The notes below the pieces were generated by a model, which saw nothing but the letters and a program-made list of their open reading frames with translations, ran no database searches and was not told the origin of the DNA. Source: Oscillospiraceae bacterium (GTDB lineage: Bacteria; Bacillota; Clostridia; Oscillospirales; Ruminococcaceae). Taken from it: a DNA stretch of 64,000 nucleotides. The position numbers and the translations under genes were made by a program. Positions 47,279 to 55,991 of this stretch are shown piece by piece. The stretch is taken from the NCBI GenBank assembly GCA_902772105.1, contig CACXZI010000002.1, positions 2,588-66,587 on the forward strand, given 5' to 3'. The stretch's first letter is position 1. Each line of letters starts with the position of its first letter.

Positions 47279-47306
47279 ATTAAAAAATTATTATTTTAAC
47301 TAAAGA

Positions 47307-48257
47307 ATGTATAGGTATAAATTAGTGGAAAATTTTGAAGAAATAGTAGTTGAATTAAAAGATATTAATAAAAGAATTGATGTTTTAATATGTGAAAAAT
47401 TTCCGGATTGTAGTAGAAATTTCATACAGAAATTATTTTTAAAAGAAAAAGTTTTTTTAAATGAAAAAAAAATTAATAAACACTGTAAAGTTTCGGTTAA
47501 TGATACAATAAAAATTTTTTTTCCAGAACCAGAAAATTTTGAGGTTAAAGAAGAAAAAATTCCAATTGATGTTGTTTTTGAAGATGATGATATTTTAGTT
47601 GTTAACAAAAAAAGAGGCATGGTTGTTCATCCTGCTCCTGGAAATTATAATAATACTTTAGTTAACGCTTTAATGTGGCATTGTAAGAAAAAACTTTCTT
47701 CAATTGGGGGAGTTTTGCGTCCTGGAATTGTTCATAGAATAGATAAATTAACAACAGGTTTAATTGTTGTTGCAAAAACCGATAAAGCTTTTAAAAGTCT
47801 TTCTGACCAAATTAAAAATCATTCTTTTAATAGAAAATATATAGCAATAGTGCATGGAAAATTTAAAGAAGAAAAAGGAACAATTAATTTACCAATTGGA
47901 AGAAGCAAAAAAGATAGAAAAAAAATGGCTGTTAATTTTTTAAACGGAAAACAAGCAACAACTCACTATAAGGTATTAAAAGAATTTAAAAATTTTAGTT
48001 TTGTTGAATTGAAATTAGAAACAGGCAGAACACATCAAATTCGTGTGCATATGGCATATTTAAATCATCCGGTTGCAGGAGATTTAACATATGGTTTTAA
48101 AACTGATGCAAAAAAATATAAATTAAATGAAGGACAGTGTCTGCATGCAAAGGAACTTGGTTTTTTTCATTATAAACTCAAAAAAAATGTTAATTTTATT
48201 GTTGATGCGGACGAATATTTTTTAAATTTTTTGAATAAATCTCAAAATGAAATATAA
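47307..48257 (+). CDS. rluD: RluA-family 23S rRNA pseudouridine synthase (RluD-like)
   Basis: S4-like N-terminus and the catalytic HRIDKLTTGLIVVAK and GRTHQIRVH motifs. Confidence 0.85.
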   Translation: MYRYKLVENFEEIVVELKDINKRIDVLICEKFPDCSRNFIQKLFLKEKVFLNEKKINKHCKVSVNDTIKIFFPEPENFEVKEEKIPIDVVFEDDDILVVNKKRGMVVHPAPGNYNNTLVNALMWHCKKKLSSIGGVLRPGIVHRIDKLTTGLIVVAKTDKAFKSLSDQIKNHSFNRKYIAIVHGKFKEEKGTINLPIGRSKKDRKKMAVNFLNGKQATTHYKVLKEFKNFSFVELKLETGRTHQIRVHMAYLNHPVAGDLTYGFKTDAKKYKLNEGQCLHAKELGFFHYKLKKNVNFIVDADEYFLNFLNKSQNEI

Positions 48258-48274
48258 AATTTTTGGAGGGAAAA

Positions 48275-49213
48275 ATGAACGAAAAAGAAGAGAAATCAAT
48301 TAATTTTTTAACCATTGTTATATATGGAGTTTTTATGGGGATTTTCGAAGTTATTCCAGGCATAAGTGGAGGAACTTTAGCATTTATTTTAGGGATTTAT
48401 GAAACTTTAATTGGAGCTATAAGTAACATTAAAAAAGATTTTAAAAAAAGTTTTAAAATATTGCTGCCAATTTTAATAGGTATGGGAATTGGTGTATATT
48501 GTTTTAGCTATCTTATGAGTTTTTTAAATAGAAATTTTCCGATGGAAGTTAATTTTTGTTTAACAGGGTTAATTATAGGAATTATTCCTTCGATTGCAAT
48601 GGAAGCTTTTCTACTTTTAAATCCTTTTCTAGATGAAAAAATTAAAGGAAATAGAAAGGTTTTTAAAACAAATCCTTTAAAACTATATAGTTCTATTTTC
48701 ACTTTTATGATGATGATTTTTGTTATGATTTTAATAAATTATTTTTCTTTCACACTAAACGTAACTGGGGAAGTAATTGAAAATTTAACATTTTTTGAAT
48801 TTTTAAGATTTTTTGTTGTTGGATCTTTAGCAGCATATTGTTTGATGTTGCCAGGATGCAGCGGAAGTTTAATAATGCTTGTTTTTGGAACATATTACAG
48901 CGTTATCGAAGCAATTCATAAAATAAACATACCAATAATTCTAACAGTTGGTTTTGGGATTTTGTTTGGACTTTTTTTTGGTGCTAAAATAATTGAATAT
49001 TGTTTGAAAAAATTTAAAGCACAAACTTTTTTTGCAATTTTAGGTTTAATTATTGGCTCTTCAATTTCACCATTTTTAAATTTTTTAAAATCTTGTTCTA
49101 AAACTTTAACTTTTGAATTTTTAGTTGTTCATGGGCTTTTTTCAGTTGTGGCTCTTGCTTTAGGGCTTATATTTTCGGTTTCATTCTCTACTAAATTTAA
49201 AAATAAAAGTTGA
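48275..49213 (+). CDS. DUF368-family membrane protein (PopT-like polyprenyl-phosphate transporter family)
   Basis: Duplicated signature IPGISGGTLAFILGIYE ... LPGCSGSLIMLVFG. GGAGGG RBS before the ATG at 48275. Confidence 0.7.
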   Translation: MNEKEEKSINFLTIVIYGVFMGIFEVIPGISGGTLAFILGIYETLIGAISNIKKDFKKSFKILLPILIGMGIGVYCFSYLMSFLNRNFPMEVNFCLTGLIIGIIPSIAMEAFLLLNPFLDEKIKGNRKVFKTNPLKLYSSIFTFMMMIFVMILINYFSFTLNVTGEVIENLTFFEFLRFFVVGSLAAYCLMLPGCSGSLIMLVFGTYYSVIEAIHKINIPIILTVGFGILFGLFFGAKIIEYCLKKFKAQTFFAILGLIIGSSISPFLNFLKSCSKTLTFEFLVVHGLFSVVALALGLIFSVSFSTKFKNKS

Positions 49214-49278
49214 CAAGTTATGTTTTTATGATATACTAGGCTTAGTGTGTTTTATTTAAAAAAAGGAGGTGTTTTTAA

Positions 49279-49464
49279 ATGGCAGTTCCAAAGCGAAAGA
49301 CATCTAAAGCTAGAAGAGATAAAAGACGTTCAAATGTTTGGAAGTTAAAAGAACCAAACTTTTCAAGATGTGGTAATTGTGGTGGATTGAAAATGCCTCA
49401 TAGAGTTTGTGGTTATTGTGGCTTTTATAAAGGTGTTGCAGTTTTAGAAAAAAAAGAAGCATAA
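49279..49464 (+). CDS. rpmF: 50S ribosomal protein L32
   Basis: MAVPKRKTSKARRDKRR plus a CxxC...CxxC zinc ribbon. AGGAGG RBS. Confidence 0.9.
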   Translation: MAVPKRKTSKARRDKRRSNVWKLKEPNFSRCGNCGGLKMPHRVCGYCGFYKGVAVLEKKEA

Positions 49465-49478
49465 AAAATAAAAATAAA

Positions 49479-49509
49479 AGGCAAAGCTTTGGCTTTGCCT
49501 GATTTTTTT
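49479..49509 (+). terminator. Rho-independent terminator after rpmF
   Basis: 9-bp stem aggcaaagc / gctttgcct with a 4-nt loop, then gaTTTTTTT. Confidence 0.7.
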
Positions 49510-50102
49510 ATATCAAACAAATTAGAAAATATTTTAAAAATATATTTCATTATAATTTTAATTAAAGAATTTATTAAACAATAATTTAAAATTTTTTGTT
49601 TTAATAGATTACAAATATTACAAAATTGTGGTTTATATTAAATTTGCAGGTTAAATATTTTTAATTTAATAAGTGCTTAGTTGTAATTATTATTTTAACA
49701 TTATAAAAAATTTTATATTATCTATGAAATAATATAATTTTTAATAAAAATGTTTACTTATTATTTATATTAAAACTAAATAGAAATTTTTAGAATATAG
49801 ATCTATATTTAAATTATTTTGAATAAATTTTAATTTTTGTTGTAAATATTCTAATTAATTAATTTTTAAAAACTTAATAATTAATAATGTTTTAAAAAAT
49901 AGAAATTTTGAGTTTGTTTAATTTCATACATAACATCTGGTTTTTTAAATTAACTTTTCTTTTTAGGTTCTAATTAAAAAAAATATTAAAAAATACTTAA
50001 TAACCCTAAATTTAAAGATTTTATTAAATTAGTGTTTTTAGTTTAATAACTATTTAAATTTTTATGTTTGTTTTATTATTAAACAATATTTAACTTAAAG
50101 AT

Positions 50103-50131
50103 TTGTAAAAAAATTCAAAAAATGATATAAT
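50103..50131 (+). promoter_or_regulatory. Sigma-A-type promoter of der
   Basis: TTGTAA, 17 nt, TATAAT, with TGn immediately upstream of the -10. Confidence 0.5.
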
Positions 50132-50196
50132 AAACAAAATTAGAGTTTTAGCGACAACTATAAATCTTTTATATTTTTGAATAAGGAGGGGAGTTT

Positions 50197-51519
50197 ATGT
50201 CTGTTCCAATTGTTGCAATTGTTGGAAGAGCAAATGTTGGAAAATCAACTTTGTTTAACAAAATAATAGGAAAAAAACTTTCAATTGTTGACGATTTTAA
50301 AGGTGTTACGCGTGATGGAGTTTTTTCAATAACAGATTGGAACGGCAAAAACTTTATGTTGGTTGACACAGGAGGATTTGAACCAAAAACAGATGAAGAT
50401 CAAATTTTAACAAAAGTAACAACAAAAACAAAAGAATATATAAATATAGCTAGTGTTATAATTTTTGTAACTAACATAAGAGATGGCGTTGTTTCTGTGG
50501 ACATTGAATTAGCTGATTTTTTGAAAAAGACTAAAAAACCAGTTTTTTTGTGTGTTAATCAATGTGATTCTATTGGAGACCCTCCTGTTGAATTTTATGA
50601 ATTTTTCAATTTATTCCATGAAGAAATTTTTGCAATATCAGCAGTGCATGGACATGGAATTGGTGACCTTTTAGATTCTGTTGTTAAAACAATAAAAAAC
50701 GATGAAATGCTAGAAGAAAGTGAAAATAGAATAAAAATAGCAATTGTGGGAAAACCAAACGTGGGGAAGTCTTCTCTAGTTAACGCTTTGTTGGGGAAAG
50801 AAAGATTAATTGTTTCAGACATAGCAGGAACAACAAGAGATTCAATTGATGTAACCATTAAAAAAAATGATATAGAATATGTTTTTGTGGATACAGCTGG
50901 GGTTAGGAAAAAATCTAAAGTTAAAGAAAATGTTGAAAAATATAGTGTTTTGCGGTCTTTAATGGCAATTGAAAATTCGGATATCGCTATTTTAGTTCTA
51001 GATTCTGAAATTAAAGCAGTTGAACAAGATTTAAAAATTGCAGGATTCATAAAAGAAAAAGGAAAAGGAATGATAGTTGCGATTAATAAATGGGATTTAA
51101 TTGAAAAAAATAATGATACCACAAAAGAATATGTTAAAGAGTTAAAAACAAATTTTAGTTTTGTGCCATATTTTGAACATATTTTCATTTCCGCCAAAAC
51201 AGGACAAAGATTAACAAATTTATATGATTTAATAAAAAAGGTTGATTGTGAAAGCAAAAAAAGATTAACAACAGGAATGTTGAACGATTTACTTTCATAT
51301 TCTATAGCAAAAACACAAACTCCTTCTATTAAAGGAAAAAAGTTAAAAATTTTTTATATGACACAGGTTTCTATTAAACCTCCAACATTTGTTATATTTG
51401 TTAATGATAGGGAGTTATTCCATTTTTCATATAAAAGATATTTAGAAAATCAAATTAGAAAAGAACATGGTTTTAAAGGGGTTCCCATACGTTTCATTAT
51501 AAGAGAAAATAAAAAATAG
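50197..51519 (+). CDS. der: Ribosome-associated GTPase Der/EngA
   Basis: Two tandem GTPase domains (GRANVGKST; GKPNVGKSS; DTGG/DTAG; NQCD/NKWD) plus a KH-like C-terminus. Confidence 0.95.
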   Translation: MSVPIVAIVGRANVGKSTLFNKIIGKKLSIVDDFKGVTRDGVFSITDWNGKNFMLVDTGGFEPKTDEDQILTKVTTKTKEYINIASVIIFVTNIRDGVVSVDIELADFLKKTKKPVFLCVNQCDSIGDPPVEFYEFFNLFHEEIFAISAVHGHGIGDLLDSVVKTIKNDEMLEESENRIKIAIVGKPNVGKSSLVNALLGKERLIVSDIAGTTRDSIDVTIKKNDIEYVFVDTAGVRKKSKVKENVEKYSVLRSLMAIENSDIAILVLDSEIKAVEQDLKIAGFIKEKGKGMIVAINKWDLIEKNNDTTKEYVKELKTNFSFVPYFEHIFISAKTGQRLTNLYDLIKKVDCESKKRLTTGMLNDLLSYSIAKTQTPSIKGKKLKIFYMTQVSIKPPTFVIFVNDRELFHFSYKRYLENQIRKEHGFKGVPIRFIIRENKK

Positions 51520-51528
51520 TTTTTTGGA

Positions 51529-52185
51529 GTGATATTTTTGATATTAAAAATATTTGTTATTATTTTATCTTGTCTTTTTGCGTACATTTTAGGAAGTTTT
51601 AATTTTGCAATTTTCATAACTAAAAAGTTTTATAATAAAAATATAAAAAAATTAGGTAGCAAAAACGCTGGAATGACCAATGTCTTAAGAAATTTTGGAA
51701 AAAAACCTGCAATATTAACTTTAGCTGGAGATATGCTAAAAGGTTTTATTTCTATTTTAATTTGTAATATTATGTGTTTTAAACTTTTTAGCACGGAAGA
51801 TTTAATAATTTTTAGATATATTGTTTTGATTTTTGCTTTAATAGGGCATATATTTCCAATATTTTATAATTTCAAAGGTGGAAAAGGAATTTTAGTTGTT
51901 GCTGGATCTTTAATTTTGGTTAATTTAAAGGTTTTTTTAGCGTTGTTAGCAGTTTTTTTAATTGTTTTTAAAATTTCTAAAATAGTTTCTTTTGGTTCTT
52001 TATCTTGTGCATTTATTTTGCCAATTTCAACTTTTTTAATGGATTATTTTAATCATCAACTTTCAACAAAAATAACAATCATAACAACAATTATCACAAC
52101 AGTTGTTTCTATTATAATTATTTTTGCGCATAAAGAAAATATAATAAGACTTCTAGAAAAAAAAGAGCCAAAAATAAAGGATTGA
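51529..52185 (+). CDS. plsY: Acyl-phosphate:glycerol-3-phosphate acyltransferase
   Basis: GSKNAGMTNVLR and FKGGKG motifs and multiple TM helices. The start could be the GTG at 51529 or the TTG at 51538. Confidence 0.85.
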   Translation: MIFLILKIFVIILSCLFAYILGSFNFAIFITKKFYNKNIKKLGSKNAGMTNVLRNFGKKPAILTLAGDMLKGFISILICNIMCFKLFSTEDLIIFRYIVLIFALIGHIFPIFYNFKGGKGILVVAGSLILVNLKVFLALLAVFLIVFKISKIVSFGSLSCAFILPISTFLMDYFNHQLSTKITIITTIITTVVSIIIIFAHKENIIRLLEKKEPKIKD

Positions 52186-52194
52186 GGTTTTAAA

Positions 52195-53199
52195 ATGAAA
52201 ACTAAAATAGCAATTTTAGGAGCAGGAAGTTTTGGAACAGCAATTGCAAAACTTATTTGTTCATATGAAAAATATGAAGTTATTTTGTGGTCTGCAGTTA
52301 AAGAAGAAATAGAAGAAATAAAAAAAAATCAAGAGATTAAATATCTCCCAAATATTAAAATAGACACAGATAAAATTTTTTTAACAACAGATAGTTTATT
52401 CTTAAAAAATGCTGATATTATAATTTTTGCAGTTGCCTCTAAATATGTTAGAAATGTTGCAAAAAATATCTCTAAATATATTAAAAAAGATGCTATTATT
52501 GTTAATGTTGCAAAAGGGTTAGAACAAGAAAGTTTTAAAAGACTTTCACAGGTTATTTATGAAGAAACAAACTCAAAAAAAATTGTTGCTTTATGTGGGC
52601 CTTCTCACGCAGAGGAAATTGCAAGATTTATTCCAACAACAATTGTTGCATCTTGCAAAGATTTAAAAATCGCGGAATATATTCAAGAAATTTTAAATTC
52701 GAGTTTTTTTAGAGTTTATGTAAATGAAGATATTATTGGTGTTGAAATTGCTGCTGCATTAAAAAATATAATAGCTCTTGCTGTTGGAATATGTGATGGA
52801 TTAAACCTTGGAGATAACACAAAAGCAGCGTTAATGACAAGAGGCCTTTTTGAAATAGCAAGATTAGGAGTTTTTTTAGGTGCAAAAGAAAAAACTTTTT
52901 TAGGCTTAGCCGGAATAGGAGATTTAATTGTAACCTGCACAAGTGGGCACAGCAGAAACAAAAAAGCAGGTTTTTTAATTGGAAAAGGCATTGAAGTTTC
53001 AAAAGCATTAGAAGAAGTTAACATGGTTGTTGAAGGGTATTATGCAACAAAAGCAGCATATGAATTTTCTAACCTAAATAAGATATATATGCCAATCACT
53101 AAAGAACTTTATGAAATACTTTACGAAAAAAAAGATATAAAAAAGTCAATTGAAAGTCTTATGAACCGAAAAACAAAACATGAATATGAAAAATTCTAA
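52195..53199 (+). CDS. gpsA: NAD(P)H-dependent glycerol-3-phosphate dehydrogenase
   Basis: GAGSFGTA Rossmann motif, GPSHAEE, AALKNIIALA, and GDLIVTC. The der-plsY-gpsA order is conserved in Firmicutes. Confidence 0.9.
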   Translation: MKTKIAILGAGSFGTAIAKLICSYEKYEVILWSAVKEEIEEIKKNQEIKYLPNIKIDTDKIFLTTDSLFLKNADIIIFAVASKYVRNVAKNISKYIKKDAIIVNVAKGLEQESFKRLSQVIYEETNSKKIVALCGPSHAEEIARFIPTTIVASCKDLKIAEYIQEILNSSFFRVYVNEDIIGVEIAAALKNIIALAVGICDGLNLGDNTKAALMTRGLFEIARLGVFLGAKEKTFLGLAGIGDLIVTCTSGHSRNKKAGFLIGKGIEVSKALEEVNMVVEGYYATKAAYEFSNLNKIYMPITKELYEILYEKKDIKKSIESLMNRKTKHEYEKF

Positions 53200-53217
53200 T
53201 TTTCTTTTAAAATTAAC

Positions 53218-53246
53218 TTGCATAAAAACAAATATTATGATATATT
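53218..53246 (+). promoter_or_regulatory. Sigma-A-type promoter of rpsB-tsf
   Basis: TTGCAT, 17 nt, TATATT, with TGn upstream of the -10. Confidence 0.45.
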
Positions 53247-53392
53247 ATTTGCGTGTTATTGTATTTTAAACTATATTTTGTAATTTTTTAACAAAATATA
53301 AAACACACGCATTTGTTAGGTGTGATATTCGTGTGGCTTTTGTAGCTGGATATTACTAAAATGCGGAGGTAAAACAAAAATGGAGGTTTTAA
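53247..53392 (+). promoter_or_regulatory. Structured 5' leader of rpsB (possible r-protein autoregulatory element)
   Basis: Long hairpin gcgtgt...tatattttgt/acaaaatata...acacgc. The CACACGC strand can alternatively pair with the downstream GGTGTG or CGTGTGG segments, which lie just before the GGAGG RBS region. Confidence 0.3.
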
Positions 53393-54172
53393 ATGGCAAC
53401 AGTATCAATGAAACAATTACTAGAAGCAGGGGTTCATTTTGGACACCAAACAAGACGATGGAACCCTAAAATGAAAAGGTATATCTACACAGAAAGAAAT
53501 AAAGTTTATATAATAGATCTACAAAAAACGGTTAAAGAACTTGAAACAGCTTGTAATTTTATAAGCAAAATTGCAAGTGAAGGTGGAGACGTTTTATTTG
53601 TTGGAACAAAAAAACAAGCTAGTGAATCTGTTAAAGAGGAAGCATTGCGTTGCAATATGTATTATGTTAATGCTAGATGGCTAGGCGGAATGATGACAAA
53701 TTTTAAAACAATTAGAACAAGGGTGGATAGATTATATAAATTAAATAAAATGAAAGAAGACGGAACTTTTGATTTATTACCCAAAAAAGAAGTTAATAAA
53801 CTTAATCTCGAAATAGAAAAATTAGAAAAATTTTTGGGCGGAATCAAAAAAATGGAAAAACTACCTAAAGCACTTTTTATTGTAGATCCAAAAAAAGAAA
53901 GGATTGCAGTTTTAGAAGCAAAAAAATTAGGAATTCCAATAGTTGCAATTGTAGACACAAACTGTGATCCAGATGAAATAGATTATGTTATTCCAGGAAA
54001 TGATGATGCTATTCGTGCTGTTAAGTTAATAACATCTTTAATTTCAACAACAATAATCGAAGCAAAACAGGGAAAAGTAGACCCAGAAGAAACTCAAGAA
54101 AACAAAGAAGAAGATAAAGAAAATATTTCTAAAGATACCAAAAATCAAGAAATAGAAGAAGAAAAAATATAA
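53393..54172 (+). CDS. rpsB: 30S ribosomal protein S2
   Basis: [22 protein letters not shown], then an acidic C-terminal tail. Confidence 0.95.
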   Translation: MATVSMKQLLEAGVHFGHQTRRWNPKMKRYIYTERNKVYIIDLQKTVKELETACNFISKIASEGGDVLFVGTKKQASESVKEEALRCNMYYVNARWLGGMMTNFKTIRTRVDRLYKLNKMKEDGTFDLLPKKEVNKLNLEIEKLEKFLGGIKKMEKLPKALFIVDPKKERIAVLEAKKLGIPIVAIVDTNCDPDEIDYVIPGNDDAIRAVKLITSLISTTIIEAKQGKVDPEETQENKEEDKENISKDTKNQEIEEEKI

Positions 54173-54200
54173 TTTTTGATAGAAGATAGGGAGGTTAAAC

Positions 54201-55112
54201 ATGGCAGGAAATTTCACAGCAAAGGATGTTCAAAGTTTAAGACAAAAAACTGGTGTTGGTATGATGGAGTGTAAGTCTGCATTGCAAGAAGCAAATGGAG
54301 ATTTTGATGAAGCAATTGCTATATTACGTAAAAAAGGAGCAGCAAAAGCAGCTAAAAAAGCGGATAGAATTGCAGCTGATGGAATTGTTGCAGTTAAAAT
54401 AAAAGATAATGTTGGTGTTATGGTTGAAATAAACACAGAAACTGATTTTGTTGCAAAAAATGAAAGATTTAAAAAATTTTCGGATTGTATTTTAGAAACA
54501 ATTTTAAATAATAATCCAAAAAATTTGGAAGAATTAAATCAATTAAAAGCTTACAACTCTGATTTAACAGTAGAAAAAGCTCTTCAAGAAGAAATTCTAA
54601 CAATTGGAGAAAATATAAAAATTAGAAGATTTGTTAAATTAGGAGGAAAATTAATGTCTTATGTTCATGGTGGTGGAAGCATCGCTGTTTTGGTTAAATT
54701 TAATGATGACGCGGATTTAAATGATGAGAAATTTATTGAATATGCTAAAAATATTGCAATGCAAATAGCAGCTGCAAATCCACAATATTTAGAACCAAGA
54801 GAAATACCACAAAATGTTTTAAACGAAGAAACTGAAATTTTAAAACAACAGGTTATTAATTCAGGTAAACCAGAAAATATCGCAGATAAAATAGTTGCAG
54901 GAAAAATAAAAAAGTTTTATCAAGAAGTTTGTTTAAAAGAACAAGAATATGTTAAGGAAAATAAATTAACTGTTGATGAATATACTAAAAAAGTTTCAAA
55001 AGAGTTGAATAAACCAATTGAAATTTTAAAGTTTATTAGAATGGAAAAAGGAGAAGGAATAGAAAAAAGATCAGATAATTTTGCCGATGAAGTGTCTTCA
55101 ATGTTAGGTTGA
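54201..55112 (+). CDS. tsf: Elongation factor Ts
   Basis: LRQKTGVGMMECKSALQEANGDFDEAIAILRKKG (UBA-like N-terminus) and ETDFVAKNE. Confidence 0.95.
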   Translation: MAGNFTAKDVQSLRQKTGVGMMECKSALQEANGDFDEAIAILRKKGAAKAAKKADRIAADGIVAVKIKDNVGVMVEINTETDFVAKNERFKKFSDCILETILNNNPKNLEELNQLKAYNSDLTVEKALQEEILTIGENIKIRRFVKLGGKLMSYVHGGGSIAVLVKFNDDADLNDEKFIEYAKNIAMQIAAANPQYLEPREIPQNVLNEETEILKQQVINSGKPENIADKIVAGKIKKFYQEVCLKEQEYVKENKLTVDEYTKKVSKELNKPIEILKFIRMEKGEGIEKRSDNFADEVSSMLG

Positions 55113-55149
55113 TTTTAAAAAATAATTTATATTTTGAAGGAGCAAAAAA

Positions 55150-55926
55150 ATGAATGGTGTTAAAACTAGTTTGTTATTTTTAGTAGACAAGCCTGAGCAA
55201 CATAGCGAATTAATTAGAGATTTATATTGCTTAAAAAATATAAATGTTATGCGTATGGATATGAATTTTAACCAAGTGCGTGGTTTCATAAATAGGAAGA
55301 GAAATTGTGTTATTTTTTTGTTTGTTGAAGAAAGTAAAGGAAAAGCTATGAATATGCTTCATAATATATATAATAACACATATAATACGCCGTATATTAT
55401 TAGTGTTTTTAGAACTAGTCGCGAAAGATTTTTAGAACATGTCAAAACCTGTGGAATTTTCAAACTTTTTTGTGTTAAATCTAAAGATTATGACGATAAA
55501 AAGGTTATAGAATGGGTAGAAAAAATTTGTAATTATATTTCGATGAACTCTGTTTTTCCTTTTTCTCAATCTTATGCTAATTCTTATGTTAGAAGTAAAA
55601 TATGTCAAAAATTAGAAAATATAGGAATGACATGTTATTTAACAGGTTATAAATACATTGTTGACGCTATTGAACTTTATATGAAAAATTTGAATTTTTA
55701 TATAACTTCAGATATATATAAAGAATTATCGCAAAGATATAAAACTGCAGCTGCAAACATAGATAGATGTATGCGACATGCGATAGAAGTTGTTTGGAGG
55801 GATACATCTTTTGGATGTTTGGAAAAAAATTATCCAGATTCAACAAAAATATATGAAGAAAGACCATCAGTTTTGGAGTTTGTTAAGTGTTTAGCAGAAG
55901 ATATAAAAACAAATATAAATTTTTAA
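55150..55926 (+). CDS. Spo0A_C-domain transcription factor with degenerate (pseudo-)receiver domain
   Basis: The C-terminal ENIGMTCYLTGYKYIVDAIELY...RYKTAAANIDRCMRHAIEVVW...RPSVLEFVKCLAEDI is collinear with the B. subtilis Spo0A DNA-binding domain (HEIGVPAHIKGYLYLREAI...SRVERAIRHAIEVAW...KPTNSEFIAMVADKL). The N-terminal ~125 aa is receiver-like in its hydrophobic pattern (LLFLVDKP; CVIFLFVEES; YIISVF; FCVKS) but lacks the acceptor Asp. Confidence 0.75.
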   Translation: MNGVKTSLLFLVDKPEQHSELIRDLYCLKNINVMRMDMNFNQVRGFINRKRNCVIFLFVEESKGKAMNMLHNIYNNTYNTPYIISVFRTSRERFLEHVKTCGIFKLFCVKSKDYDDKKVIEWVEKICNYISMNSVFPFSQSYANSYVRSKICQKLENIGMTCYLTGYKYIVDAIELYMKNLNFYITSDIYKELSQRYKTAAANIDRCMRHAIEVVWRDTSFGCLEKNYPDSTKIYEERPSVLEFVKCLAEDIKTNINF

Positions 55927-55944
55927 AAAATTATTATATATAAA

Positions 55945-55972
55945 TTGACAAATTTTAAAGAATATGTATAAT
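55945..55972 (+). promoter_or_regulatory. Sigma-A-type promoter of ffh operon
   Basis: TTGACA, 16 nt, TATAAT, immediately after the Spo0A-like stop. Confidence 0.5.
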
Positions 55973-55991
55973 AATAATTATTATATAAAAA

